A stretch of DNA of 39,099 nt from a virus (Duplodnaviria > Caudoviricetes). The position numbers and the translations under genes were made by a program. A model generated the notes under the pieces. That model saw nothing but the letters and a program-made list of their open reading frames with translations, did no database searches and was not told where the DNA came from. Shown here piece by piece: positions 7,864 to 16,732 of the stretch. Where the stretch lies: positions 1 to 39,099 of IMG/VR virus record IMGVR_UViG_3300017707_001960; one strand, given 5' to 3'. The stretch's first letter is position 1. Every line of letters begins with the position of its first letter.

Positions 7864-8274
7864 ATGCCCAACAAACTGAACGCCTACATCGACCCGCTCA
7901 AACTTCAGGGCGCGGTTTTGATGACTCTCAAAGACAAGACTGGAGCACCGACGGAGTGCCTGGTGATCCAGTTGAAAAACTCGCGGATTCGCCGGACAGA
8001 ACGATCTGGCAAGCTCGGGTTGTCCATCGACCTGGTGCCGAATCGCGATGGCAAGGACGAGTTTGGCAACACGCACTGGATCAAGGAGAGCACGACGAAG
8101 GCCGAACGCGAAAGCGCCACGCCGCCGAATCTGCCGTTTCTGGGCAATGCCCGCGAGTATGACGCGGCAACAGGCGGCCAGCGAACGGCACGGCCTGCGG
8201 GCGGTGTGCCGGTGACGGGCGGCGACTCCTCGCCGATGGCGGAGGGGATGGAGGACGATGACATACCGTTTTGA
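7864..8274 (+). CDS. SSB-like protein
   Basis: G/P-rich linker and acidic tail EDDDIPF; replication module context. Confidence 0.6.
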   Translation: MPNKLNAYIDPLKLQGAVLMTLKDKTGAPTECLVIQLKNSRIRRTERSGKLGLSIDLVPNRDGKDEFGNTHWIKESTTKAERESATPPNLPFLGNAREYDAATGGQRTARPAGGVPVTGGDSSPMAEGMEDDDIPF

Positions 8275-8360
8275 ACGTCTCGGATCAGTGACCGCGAACC
8301 CATGATCACGAATACACGACAGCCAGCCCAGAGCGGTTCACTTCATCCGATTTGTTCGGT
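8270..8360 (-). other. attC site A2
   Basis: Minus strand: R'' ACCGAAC, L'' GATGAAGT, GAACCGC/GCGGTC stem, L' ACTGATC, CGAGAC, R' GTTCAAA. Confidence 0.8.
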
Positions 8361-8595
8361 TTGTGGCGAGCCTGTGTGGGGCGGAACGAAGCGCCACCCA
8401 GCAACAAAGTGCTTGTTTCACTTTAGCTGCATTTGCGCGGAATGCGGTCATGAGGCGTTCTGGCTGACAACTAGGAAAAACCCAGAAGGCCGCTGGGTCT
8501 GCTTCTCGCTTCAATGCGGCTGGGTAAGCACTGAATACACCAAGCCATTTCATCAACCGAACGTCAAAACGCAGCAACCCCGAAACGAAGCCTAA
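8302..8595 (+). CDS. Cys-rich (Zn-finger-like) hypothetical protein (cassette A2)
   Basis: CSVC, CAEC and C..LQC motifs; starts in the attC A2 loop and ends in the attC A1 loop. Confidence 0.65.
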   Translation: MITNTRQPAQSGSLHPICSVCGEPVWGGTKRHPATKCLFHFSCICAECGHEAFWLTTRKNPEGRWVCFSLQCGWVSTEYTKPFHQPNVKTQQPRNEA

Positions 8596-8652
8596 GATAT
8601 GAGCCTGCCTGATGCCAACTCGAAGTCACAAGACCATCAACCCTTGTTCGGC
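8556..8652 (-). other. attC site A1 (degenerate L'' arm)
   Basis: Minus strand: R'' GCCGAAC and R' GTTCGGT with L' GCTGCGT; the L'' position (TTGATGGT) does not pair. Confidence 0.6.
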
Positions 8653-8862
8653 ACGGGGGATGAGATGGAGTTTCGCCGCCAGTTTGCCATTCAATTCTTG
8701 GCGAGCTATGCGGCTACTAACTTCAACGACTTATGCGCCAATGGACGCCAAGGCTCCCTTGAGCGGCTACCTGTCGAAGATGCTGAATATCTCAGCGGCA
8801 CAGCATGGCGTCACTGGTGCTACACGATGCCGATGAAGCCGAACAAGAATTATCCAGACTGA
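8599..8862 (+). CDS. Hypothetical protein (cassette A1)
   Basis: 87-aa ORF bounded by GTTCGGC (8646) and GCCGAAC (8838); ends inside attI-A. Confidence 0.7.
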   Translation: MSLPDANSKSQDHQPLFGTGDEMEFRRQFAIQFLASYAATNFNDLCANGRQGSLERLPVEDAEYLSGTAWRHWCYTMPMKPNKNYPD

Positions 8863-8910
8863 CTTTTCCTCTCAACACCTGCAAAACCGGAAACATTCTA
8901 AAACTTATGA
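8838..8910 (-). other. attI-like site A plus intI leader
   Basis: Minus-strand GTCTGGATAATTCTT-GTTCGGC just upstream of intI, non-palindromic; its core matches R'' of the first cassette. Confidence 0.82.
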
Positions 8911-9911
8911 ACCTGCGTGATACACTGGAACAAGTTCGGCTGACGTGCCGCATGCGGCGGTTGTCGAGGCACACGGAGGAGTCTTATGCGGGGTGGATCG
9001 TGCGGTTTGCCAGGCATGTGGCACGCAGGGTGGAAGAGTCACGGGAGGAACGGGTGCGGAGTTTTCTGGAGCAGATGGCCCCGCGTTGCTCGGCATCGAC
9101 GCAAAACCAGGCTTTCAATGCCATCGTGTTCTTTTACCGCGATGTGCTGCGTCAGCCGTTGGGTGATCTGGGGAAATGGACCCGTGCGAAACGGCCGGCA
9201 CGGCTGCCGTCGTGGCTGAGTCCTGATGAGATGCGGCGTTTGTTTGATGCGATGACACCGGGGCCGCTACTCATGGCGCAGGTGGCGTATGGCAGCGGCG
9301 TGCGACTGGCGGAACTGCTGGCGCTGCGGGTGAAGGACATCGACCTGGATGCGTGCCTCATCACGGTGCGCGGCGGCAAGGGTGACAAGGACCGCGTGAC
9401 ATGCCTGCCTCGCTCGCTGGTGTTCACGCTGCGGGCGCATTTGGACCGCATTCGGCTGCTGTATGATGCCGACCGTCAGGCGGGCGCGATGCCGGTGTAT
9501 CTGCCGGACCAACTGGAGCGCAAATATCCGAACGCTGGCCGCGAGTGGCCGTGGTTCTGGCTGTGGCCTGCGGCAAATCAAAGCACCGATCCACGCAGCG
9601 GCATCGTGCGCAGGCATCACATTCATGAGGACACGCTGGGCAAGGCGCTGAAGAATGCCCGCCGTCGCTGCGGACTGAGCAAACGAGTGACGGCGCACAC
9701 GCTGCGTCATAGCTTTGCCACGAACTTGCTGGCGAACGGAGCCAGCATCACGCAGGTGCAGGAATTGCTCGGGCACAGCAGCGTGGAAACGACGCAGATT
9801 TACACGCACTGCATTCCGCAGTTTGCCCGCAGCATCACGAGTCCGATGGACACGCTGCCGCAACCTGCCAACGTGGTGCCGTTTGAAACGCACACAAGGA
9901 GGGCGGCGTGA
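8907..9911 (+). CDS. intI: Integron integrase (IntI family tyrosine recombinase)
   Basis: N-terminal LSRHTEESY..W, ASTQNQAFNAIVFFYR; catalytic R, K (GKGDKDR), HTLRH, LGH, TQIY; IntI-specific insertion VYLPDQLERKYPNAGREWPWFWLWP...DPRSGIVRRHH. Confidence 0.95.
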   Translation: MNLRDTLEQVRLTCRMRRLSRHTEESYAGWIVRFARHVARRVEESREERVRSFLEQMAPRCSASTQNQAFNAIVFFYRDVLRQPLGDLGKWTRAKRPARLPSWLSPDEMRRLFDAMTPGPLLMAQVAYGSGVRLAELLALRVKDIDLDACLITVRGGKGDKDRVTCLPRSLVFTLRAHLDRIRLLYDADRQAGAMPVYLPDQLERKYPNAGREWPWFWLWPAANQSTDPRSGIVRRHHIHEDTLGKALKNARRRCGLSKRVTAHTLRHSFATNLLANGASITQVQELLGHSSVETTQIYTHCIPQFARSITSPMDTLPQPANVVPFETHTRRAA

Positions 9912-11884
9912 TGGAGGTGGATGCGGACAGCCGGATGGTCATCGAAGCCTTGCATGCGGGGCAGGAGGCGCATCCGGTGATTGAGCCGTGGGCGCTGGAG
10001 GATCTGCTGGCGCTGGGCGAGGTGGGGGCGGCGGAGGCGGTGGCGGCGCGGGCGGATGCGATGCGTGAGATGGCCGAGCAGCCGCTCGATCACGGGTGGA
10101 TTCCGCAGGACTGGTGGTTGTTCCTGCTGGAGCTGTGTCGCAAACGGCTGGAGCATCCGGGGCGCGTGCTGGAGGTGCTGGTGAGCGGCGGCATCCGTGC
10201 GGGCAAAACGCATGTGGCGGCATCGCTCGCGGTGCAGCATTGGAAACACGCGAAGAAGGCGACGGTGTTCTGCATGTCCCGCCGCGAGGAGGATTCGCAG
10301 AACTTGCAGCAGAAGCCCATCGAGTCGTTCTTGCCGGTGGAGGCGCTGGGTGGCGCGGCGGGGAAGATCAAGCAGGACAAGCACCAGAAAGCGAAGTTCA
10401 GCGGCGGCAAGTTCACCGACAACCAGTTTTCCCGCTACCTCATCGTGACCGGCGCGGACGGGCAACGCTACACGGGCGGCGGCATGGTGCAGTTTCGTTT
10501 CTTCACGCAGGAACTTGAGTCATTTCGAGGCTATGCGTTGACGTTTGTGTGGAGCGATGAAGGCATTCCGGTGGATCATGTGAAGGCGCTGAAGGATCGT
10601 CTCGCATCGCGGGCCATCGAAACGCAATCGGACGAGCACCGGAAGCAAATGCTGGCGCTGCAAGGCTACCTGGAGCCGCTGGCGGAGGGACGGCCCGGAG
10701 CACGACGGCCGCATGGCGAGCTGATCGGGGCGCTGATGCACGGCGTGCATCTCATCACCTACACGCCCGAAGAGGGATTCACGCCGACCGTGCGCTACTT
10801 CATGCAGGGCGCGGTGAAGCCCGACAAGTTCAAGGTCATCGCGCCCGAGCTGGCAAACAAAGGCGGCTGCAAAGATCCGCGTGTGCCGAAGATTGCCTAT
10901 CCGCAGGAGCCGACGCGGCTGGTGTGCTACCTGCACACGGCAGCCAACAAGTATGTTAACGTGTATCCGCAGTTGTCGAAGGACTACGCGGGCGCGGACG
11001 AGAAGACGATCCGTATCAAACTCTACGGCGACGCCGAGGCGGCGAGCCGGACGGAGTTCGAGGCGGTGTGGCGGCCGGAGCAGCATCTTTGCGATTGGAA
11101 AGACCTGCCGCGTGACGGCACGCTGTATGAGATCATCGACGGCGCGGAGGCAAAACCGTTCTTCATCGGCTGGTTCATTGTTGATCCGATGGGTCGCTAC
11201 TGGCAGGCGCAGGAATGGCCGTGTGAGAGCATCGCCATTGACGACATGCTTCCCGGCCCGTGGGCGACACTCAGCGAGAAGGACCGCATCAATGGCGATG
11301 AAGGCCCGGCGCAGCGTTTGCGGCTGGGGTGGAACTTTGAGCAGTATGCCGATCTGGTGTGGCAGATGCGCCGCCGTTTGCTGGTGAAGATGGCGGAGAC
11401 GGGCGGGGAGTGGCAAGGCAAGACGGTGGCCGCGCCGCAGGCGCGGAATGACGAAACCAGAATGGCAAATGCCGAAGGCATGCTGTGTGCGGAGCCGTAT
11501 GAGACGTATGGTGATCCGCGCTGGAGTCAGTGGAAGTCTGGGGCGACGGGGGCGACGATTCAGCAGGAGTTTTTCGATTTGCCGAATGGATTCACCATCC
11601 TGGTGCCGGAAGGCGTGCGGGTGCAGGAGGGGCTGGCGCTGGTGCGGGATGCGCTGGCGACGACGATCCTGGTGCAGCCGAAGGTGCGGGTGAACCGCGA
11701 ATGCACCAACACGATCTTCGGCCTGCAAAACTTCACGATTCCCGATTTCAGCGAAAACACGAAGCGCAAGGACGAAGCCTGCAAAGACCCGGTGGATGTG
11801 TGGCGGTATTTCTGCCTCGCGGGGCCGCGTTATTTGGACCGCGAGCGGTTCAAAAGAAGGCCCGAGCAGGAGTTTGGGTATTGA
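9911..11884 (+). CDS. terL: Terminase large subunit
   Basis: Walker A GGIRAGKT, Walker B FVWSDE, TYTP coupling motif, C-terminal nuclease KDPVDVWRY; GTG at 9908 is an alternative start. Confidence 0.85.
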   Translation: MEVDADSRMVIEALHAGQEAHPVIEPWALEDLLALGEVGAAEAVAARADAMREMAEQPLDHGWIPQDWWLFLLELCRKRLEHPGRVLEVLVSGGIRAGKTHVAASLAVQHWKHAKKATVFCMSRREEDSQNLQQKPIESFLPVEALGGAAGKIKQDKHQKAKFSGGKFTDNQFSRYLIVTGADGQRYTGGGMVQFRFFTQELESFRGYALTFVWSDEGIPVDHVKALKDRLASRAIETQSDEHRKQMLALQGYLEPLAEGRPGARRPHGELIGALMHGVHLITYTPEEGFTPTVRYFMQGAVKPDKFKVIAPELANKGGCKDPRVPKIAYPQEPTRLVCYLHTAANKYVNVYPQLSKDYAGADEKTIRIKLYGDAEAASRTEFEAVWRPEQHLCDWKDLPRDGTLYEIIDGAEAKPFFIGWFIVDPMGRYWQAQEWPCESIAIDDMLPGPWATLSEKDRINGDEGPAQRLRLGWNFEQYADLVWQMRRRLLVKMAETGGEWQGKTVAAPQARNDETRMANAEGMLCAEPYETYGDPRWSQWKSGATGATIQQEFFDLPNGFTILVPEGVRVQEGLALVRDALATTILVQPKVRVNRECTNTIFGLQNFTIPDFSENTKRKDEACKDPVDVWRYFCLAGPRYLDRERFKRRPEQEFGY

Positions 11885-11910
11885 GAGGCAGACAATCAGA
11901 CAATCAGACC

Positions 11911-12342
11911 ATGAGCAACACAGCAACAACACCAACAACCACACCGGAAGCCGTGCTGGCAGCGCGGTTGAATGTGCCGCGTGAGAGTTTCAAACGCTGG
12001 CGCGAGAGCGGAGACTTGAAGAAGTTTCTGCATTACTTGAAGGAAGGGCATGCGTTCCACATCACGCCGGAGGGCGAGGCGGAGGTGCTGCGGCTGATCG
12101 GCATTCGCGACGCACCGCCGCCGCCGTCGAAGGTCGCCATGATCGCCCAGGCGGCGGGGGTGATGCCGCGTGTGCTGCGCTGCAAGCCGCTGGCCGGGGG
12201 CGCGATGGTGAGCGTGCGCCTGACCGCGCCACGCGTGTTTGCCAGCCAGTTCCGGCGCGGGGATCGCATCGAGGTGATGCCCACGGAGACGGAAGGTGTT
12301 TACGAGTATGATGGCGCGGTGCCGAGGAGGACGAGGATTTAG
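11911..12342 (+). CDS. Hypothetical protein, possible DNA-binding N-terminus
   Basis: EAVLAARLNVPRESFKRWR is HTH-like. Confidence 0.6.
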   Translation: MSNTATTPTTTPEAVLAARLNVPRESFKRWRESGDLKKFLHYLKEGHAFHITPEGEAEVLRLIGIRDAPPPPSKVAMIAQAAGVMPRVLRCKPLAGGAMVSVRLTAPRVFASQFRRGDRIEVMPTETEGVYEYDGAVPRRTRI

Positions 12343-12419
12343 GCCGCGCTTGGCGCGGAATGATGAAACCCGAATGAGGAATGCAGAAACAAAGAACCAA
12401 GAACGACGAACCAATAACG

Positions 12420-13034
12420 ATGAAAAACGACAAACCAATTTTTTACCCCATTATCGACAATGGCATGGGGCTTTCAGTGACAGGGTGGGCGGTGAGCATG
12501 CTGGGGGCTCTACGGGGAGAGAGCGTGTTTTGCCATCTCTCCACGCCTTACCCCGGCTATGCGATGGATGTGGCGACGAAGCAGTTTCTTGAGAGCGACT
12601 GTGACGAGATGGTGGTGATCGACACTGATCTCGTGTTCAAGCCGCAAGACCTGGAGCATCTGATGGAGCATGACGAGCCGCTGGTGTTCGGGATGTATGG
12701 CAAACGGAAGGTGAAGTTTGAAGCGCCGCTGGTGCCGCTGGCGGGGCAGGAGAACCCGGCGATGACGGAAGGCGTGCTGTGGGAGGTGGCAAAGACGGCG
12801 CGGGGATTCATGCGGGTGCATCGCTCCGTGTTCGAGAAGATGAAGCCGCATGTGACGCTGCTGCACGGCACGGAGTTTGGGGATCTGCATCGCTTCTGGC
12901 CGCCGCAGCCGGACGGCACGAGCGAGGATTTCGTTTTCTGCGCCCGCTGGCGCGAGCTGGGCGGGCGGGTGCTCATCGACAAGAGGATTTTTGTCGGGCA
13001 TGTCGGCCAGGCGCGGTTTCCGATTATGAAGTAA
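12420..13034 (+). CDS. GT-A fold glycosyltransferase-like protein
   Basis: VVIDTDLVF (DxD), GFMRVHRSVFEKM, SEDFVFCARW...GGRVLID...VGHVG. Confidence 0.75.
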   Translation: MKNDKPIFYPIIDNGMGLSVTGWAVSMLGALRGESVFCHLSTPYPGYAMDVATKQFLESDCDEMVVIDTDLVFKPQDLEHLMEHDEPLVFGMYGKRKVKFEAPLVPLAGQENPAMTEGVLWEVAKTARGFMRVHRSVFEKMKPHVTLLHGTEFGDLHRFWPPQPDGTSEDFVFCARWRELGGRVLIDKRIFVGHVGQARFPIMK

Positions 13035-13051
13035 TTCAACCCTGAATCACA

Positions 13052-13318
13052 ATGAAAGAGGCGAAAAAAATTGAACTTATTTGCACAACCTTGACCCGCA
13101 GGGGATCAGGGAACGATCGCACTAGCCCGGTGCGGATCATCACCGAATACTGGACACCGGAAGGTGAAAAAGTGGCGGAGGTTGATCCGGTTGCCATTAG
13201 CCTCACCCCTGAAATGCTGGACGCTATTTGTCAAAATCTCAAGGCGCGCATTGAGGGTGATGGCTGGATGAGAGCTTACGATGCAGTGCTGGAAAGTGCT
13301 TACATCGCGCGGACATGA
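13052..13318 (+). CDS. Hypothetical protein
   Basis: ORF with PVRIITEYWTPEGEKVAEVDP motif. Confidence 0.65.
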   Translation: MKEAKKIELICTTLTRRGSGNDRTSPVRIITEYWTPEGEKVAEVDPVAISLTPEMLDAICQNLKARIEGDGWMRAYDAVLESAYIART

Positions 13319-13370
13319 ACCATCAAAACAATGATGAATTCTGGCCGGAGAAAATCAACTTACCACAAAC

Positions 13371-13394
13371 AGCGGGCAGGTGTGTCCGCGCTCC
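13371..13394 (+). repeat. REP-like palindrome, copy 1
   Basis: AGCGGGCAGGTGTGTCCGCGCTCC. Confidence 0.7.
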
Positions 13395-13406
13395 TTTTAA
13401 AACATC

Positions 13407-13790
13407 ATGAGTGCTGATCTAGGAACTTATCACCTCCGCGTCAATTTTGACGATGGCTCGGGCTATTTCCAACGCATTGACACCGGACGCCGTTACACGG
13501 ACGGCAAAGGGTCTTGCCATCCGTTGACAGCGCAAGTCATTGAGCCGCTGTGGGACAATGAAACCGAGATGATTGATTCATTGCTGTATTTATATCTCAA
13601 AGGTCATTATTCCTGTGATTGCAATCGCGCCGCCTTTTTAGCGGCGGCCCATGGAAAAACTGATCCTGACGTTCCATGCGGTGAAACGCTGCGGTTAAAC
13701 TGCCTGACACTGATCCGCCCGGATGGCACGGAATGCGTCATTTACCCTAAAGCGGGCAGGAGTGCCCGCGCTGCTCTCGAAACACCATGA
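13407..13790 (+). CDS. Hypothetical protein with CDCNR motif, repeat-flanked
   Basis: 127-aa, visibly more AT-rich ORF with GHYSCDCNR; repeat copies at 13371 and 13751. Confidence 0.65.
   Translation: MSADLGTYHLRVNFDDGSGYFQRIDTGRRYTDGKGSCHPLTAQVIEPLWDNETEMIDSLLYLYLKGHYSCDCNRAAFLAAAHGKTDPDVPCGETLRLNCLTLIRPDGTECVIYPKAGRSARAALETP
13751..13772 (+). repeat. REP-like palindrome, copy 2
   Basis: AGCGGGCAGGAGTGCCCGCGCT. Confidence 0.75.
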
Positions 13791-14020
13791 CTCTGTTGAT
13801 TTCATTTTCCCAAGTGCGTGATTTGATGATGCAAAGCGGGCTGCGGAAGCGGGAGGCGGAGGCGCTGCTGCAACGGCAGATGCCGCCCCCGGTGCCGCAT
13901 GGGCTGCACTCGCGGCGGCGGTGGTCGCGGCAGGTGGTGCTTGACTTTTGCCAGCAGGTGCAGCAGCGTGGCATCGCCCTTGGGGAAGGGTGCGCCGGAA
14001 GCGGTTCACGCAAAACGTGA
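13787..14020 (+). CDS. Small hypothetical protein
   Basis: ATGA overlap; fills the gap before the portal gene. Confidence 0.5.
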   Translation: MTLLISFSQVRDLMMQSGLRKREAEALLQRQMPPPVPHGLHSRRRWSRQVVLDFCQQVQQRGIALGEGCAGSGSRKT

Positions 14021-14035
14021 ATCCACTCCGCCGCC

Positions 14036-16315
14036 ATGTCCGTCCCTGCTGAACTCCCCTCCGTCATCGACCCGGAGAAGCCGCTTGCGGACTGGAAGGT
14101 GACAGATGCGCTGGACGAAATGGAGGCCGCCTGCCGCGATGCGAGCGGATTCCTCAAGCAGATGGCGACCAATGAGCAGACGCGCAAATGCTGGTGGCAG
14201 AACAAGACCGGCACGGGCAAGAAGGCCAACACGAAAACCGCCGACGCCAAGCCTTTCAACGGCGCGGCCGATCATGAGGTGCATCTGACGCAGGCCGTGA
14301 TGAACCGCCGCAACGCGGCCCGCATCGCGGCGCTGATGGCCGGCAATCTCAACGTGACGCCGATGGAGAGCACGGACGCGAAGCGGGCCGGACTCATGCG
14401 CCAGGTGCTCCGCTACTACCTGAACGGCCCCATGCGGACGGAGTTTGTCACCCAAGGACTGCGGGCGGGCAGCTATGCCGACCGTTTCCGCGCCGGGGTG
14501 ATGTATGTGGGATGGAAGGAAGAGCGCGGCGTCGAGCCGATCCAACTCACGCGGGCTATGGTGGCGGAGATGCTGCAAATGCAGTTTGCCGCCGAGGCGC
14601 AGGACATGACGCTGATCGAGGGCATCGACTTCGAGGCGCTGGTGCTGGACGAAAGCCGCGAGGCTGAAATAATCGCACTGGTGCTGCGGAATCTGCCCGG
14701 TGCCGCCGAGCGCCGGAAGATTGGCGAAGCCTCCGTGAAACGGGCGCTGGCCCGCCTGCGAGCCGGGGATGACACCGCCGTGGTGCATGCCGCCTATGTG
14801 AAGCGTTCAAGTCCCTGCTGGGAAGCATTGCAGCCGTTTGTCGATGTCTTTTTCCCCTACGAGACGCTGATGGAAGATAATCTGGAAAGCTGCCGCTGGA
14901 TCGCCCGCGTGCGGTGGCGTTCCGCGCAGTGGATCAAGGAGCAGGCCGCTTTGCATGGCTGGGACAAGGCATGGGTGAAGGAGGTGCTGGAGAAGCACAA
15001 GGGGCGCAGCAATCTCTTCAGCAACAGCATGGCGTCCTACCCGTGGGCGCTCAGCGGTGCCGGGGTGAACTGGAGCGCCCGCACGAATGGCGAGGCGCAA
15101 AATCATTTGTATCAAATCATCGAGCTGTGGGATCGCGCTGTCACGGTGGACGGCCTGACGGGAACGTATCACACCATCCTGCATGCGGATGTGAAGGACA
15201 AGGTGGCGAAGCGCCAGCTCCGCATGGACTGGGATGGCTGTTATCCGTTCGTGCCGTTCACCTTCAGCCAGGACGAGCGATTGATTCTCGACGGCTTCAG
15301 TGTGCCGGAGATCACCATGACGAAGGAGCAGGCGGTGAAGGCGCAGTGGGACAGCCGCACGGATGCCGCCAGCCTGACCACCTTTCCCACCTGGACCGGC
15401 GACCCGGAGCTGGAGGGCTTGCGGCCCGCGCCCGGCGTCTTCCTGCCGTCCATCCGTGGCAAGGTGCCGCAAGCCTTGCAGATCCCGCCGCCTGACGGGC
15501 GCAGCATCGAGATTGAGCGCACGCTGCGGGAGAGCATCAACGAGTTTTTTGGCTTCCCCAGCCGCACGCTGCCGGACAGCGTGGCGATGATGATGGGCCA
15601 GGCTGATCTGGACTGGTTCATGCTCGCCATCTCGCAGTGCATCGCCCGCACGGCCAAGCTGATCCAGCAATACATGCCGCCGTTGCAAGGTGCCCGCATC
15701 ACCGGCACGAACGAACTCGTGACCGCCACCGCCAACGACGTGCGCGGCGGCTTTGACTTCCAGGCGAAGTTCAACGTGAAGAGTCTCGACGTGGAGTGGA
15801 CGAGCAAGCATCTGGGCTTCATCAAGGATATGATCGTGCCGCTGGACAATCGCGGCCAGATCAACACGCTGCCCATTCTGGAAGCGGGCTTCAACATGCT
15901 CGACCCGGGACTTGCGGCGCAATGTCTGCCGAAGGATGCCGACACGGCGCAGCGCCAGACGCTCGACATGGCCCGCATGCACCTGGCTGAAATCTTCACC
16001 GGAGGAGCGCCGGACGTGACCGAGGGCATGGACTTTGGCGGGCTGGCGCAAGCCGTGACAGATGAGATCACCCGCAGCCCGCTGCGGCAGCAGAGCATCA
16101 TCGGCGGCCAGCAGATCCATGTCGTGCTGACCAGCTACCTCGCGGGACTGGTGAACAACCAGAAGCAGCACGGCGGGGAAAATGCCCGCATCGGCCGCAC
16201 GCTCACGGACGACCCGCTGGCGCAACCGAGCGCGGCGGAAGGCTTGCTGCAAACGCTGCAAGGACTGCCGGAGGGCGTGAGTCTGGCGCAAGTGATGGGG
16301 GGAGTGAGTTCTTAG
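14036..16315 (+). CDS. Portal protein
   Basis: 759 aa, between terL and scaffold/capsid; YPFVPF and related podovirus-portal-like segments. Confidence 0.75.
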   Translation: MSVPAELPSVIDPEKPLADWKVTDALDEMEAACRDASGFLKQMATNEQTRKCWWQNKTGTGKKANTKTADAKPFNGAADHEVHLTQAVMNRRNAARIAALMAGNLNVTPMESTDAKRAGLMRQVLRYYLNGPMRTEFVTQGLRAGSYADRFRAGVMYVGWKEERGVEPIQLTRAMVAEMLQMQFAAEAQDMTLIEGIDFEALVLDESREAEIIALVLRNLPGAAERRKIGEASVKRALARLRAGDDTAVVHAAYVKRSSPCWEALQPFVDVFFPYETLMEDNLESCRWIARVRWRSAQWIKEQAALHGWDKAWVKEVLEKHKGRSNLFSNSMASYPWALSGAGVNWSARTNGEAQNHLYQIIELWDRAVTVDGLTGTYHTILHADVKDKVAKRQLRMDWDGCYPFVPFTFSQDERLILDGFSVPEITMTKEQAVKAQWDSRTDAASLTTFPTWTGDPELEGLRPAPGVFLPSIRGKVPQALQIPPPDGRSIEIERTLRESINEFFGFPSRTLPDSVAMMMGQADLDWFMLAISQCIARTAKLIQQYMPPLQGARITGTNELVTATANDVRGGFDFQAKFNVKSLDVEWTSKHLGFIKDMIVPLDNRGQINTLPILEAGFNMLDPGLAAQCLPKDADTAQRQTLDMARMHLAEIFTGGAPDVTEGMDFGGLAQAVTDEITRSPLRQQSIIGGQQIHVVLTSYLAGLVNNQKQHGGENARIGRTLTDDPLAQPSAAEGLLQTLQGLPEGVSLAQVMGGVSS

Positions 16316-16361
16316 TTATGGGTTATTGGTTAAGGGTTATTGGTTAGGACTTATTTGTTTT

Positions 16362-16643
16362 ATGAGTGCTGTTGTCATTTGTTCGCCGTTGTTCGGGCAG
16401 TCGTTTCATCTGACGCCGGAGGACCGGGTGAAATCTCGGAAGCTGGTGCATGAGAACCGGCATGATCCGGCGGTGAAGGCGCTGTTTAATTTGATCGAGC
16501 GCAAGGCGTTCGACATGCAGCGGGCGGGCATCGAGGCCGGGGCCACGGCGCACGATCAAGGGCAGGCATGCGGTGCGCTGTATTTGTATCAGGTGGCGCG
16601 GGCGTGGCTGGAGTCGCCGCCGCAGGTGACGGAGAGCGAATGA
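16362..16643 (+). CDS. Small hypothetical protein after portal
   Basis: ORF with HDQGQ..AL motif at the usual post-portal position. Confidence 0.55.
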   Translation: MSAVVICSPLFGQSFHLTPEDRVKSRKLVHENRHDPAVKALFNLIERKAFDMQRAGIEAGATAHDQGQACGALYLYQVARAWLESPPQVTESE

Positions 16644-16732
16644 CGGCGCGGATTGTCAAACATCATCCCGTTTCATCCCGCATCGTTCCCAAGGCTTGAG
16701 AGAGACGGGGTGGGACAGTTAATGTCTGACCC

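Noticed and set aside
8907-9911. Ordinary prophage integrase or XerC/D
   Set aside because: It has the IntI-specific insertion and adjacent attI/attC sites; a separate integrase lies beside attP
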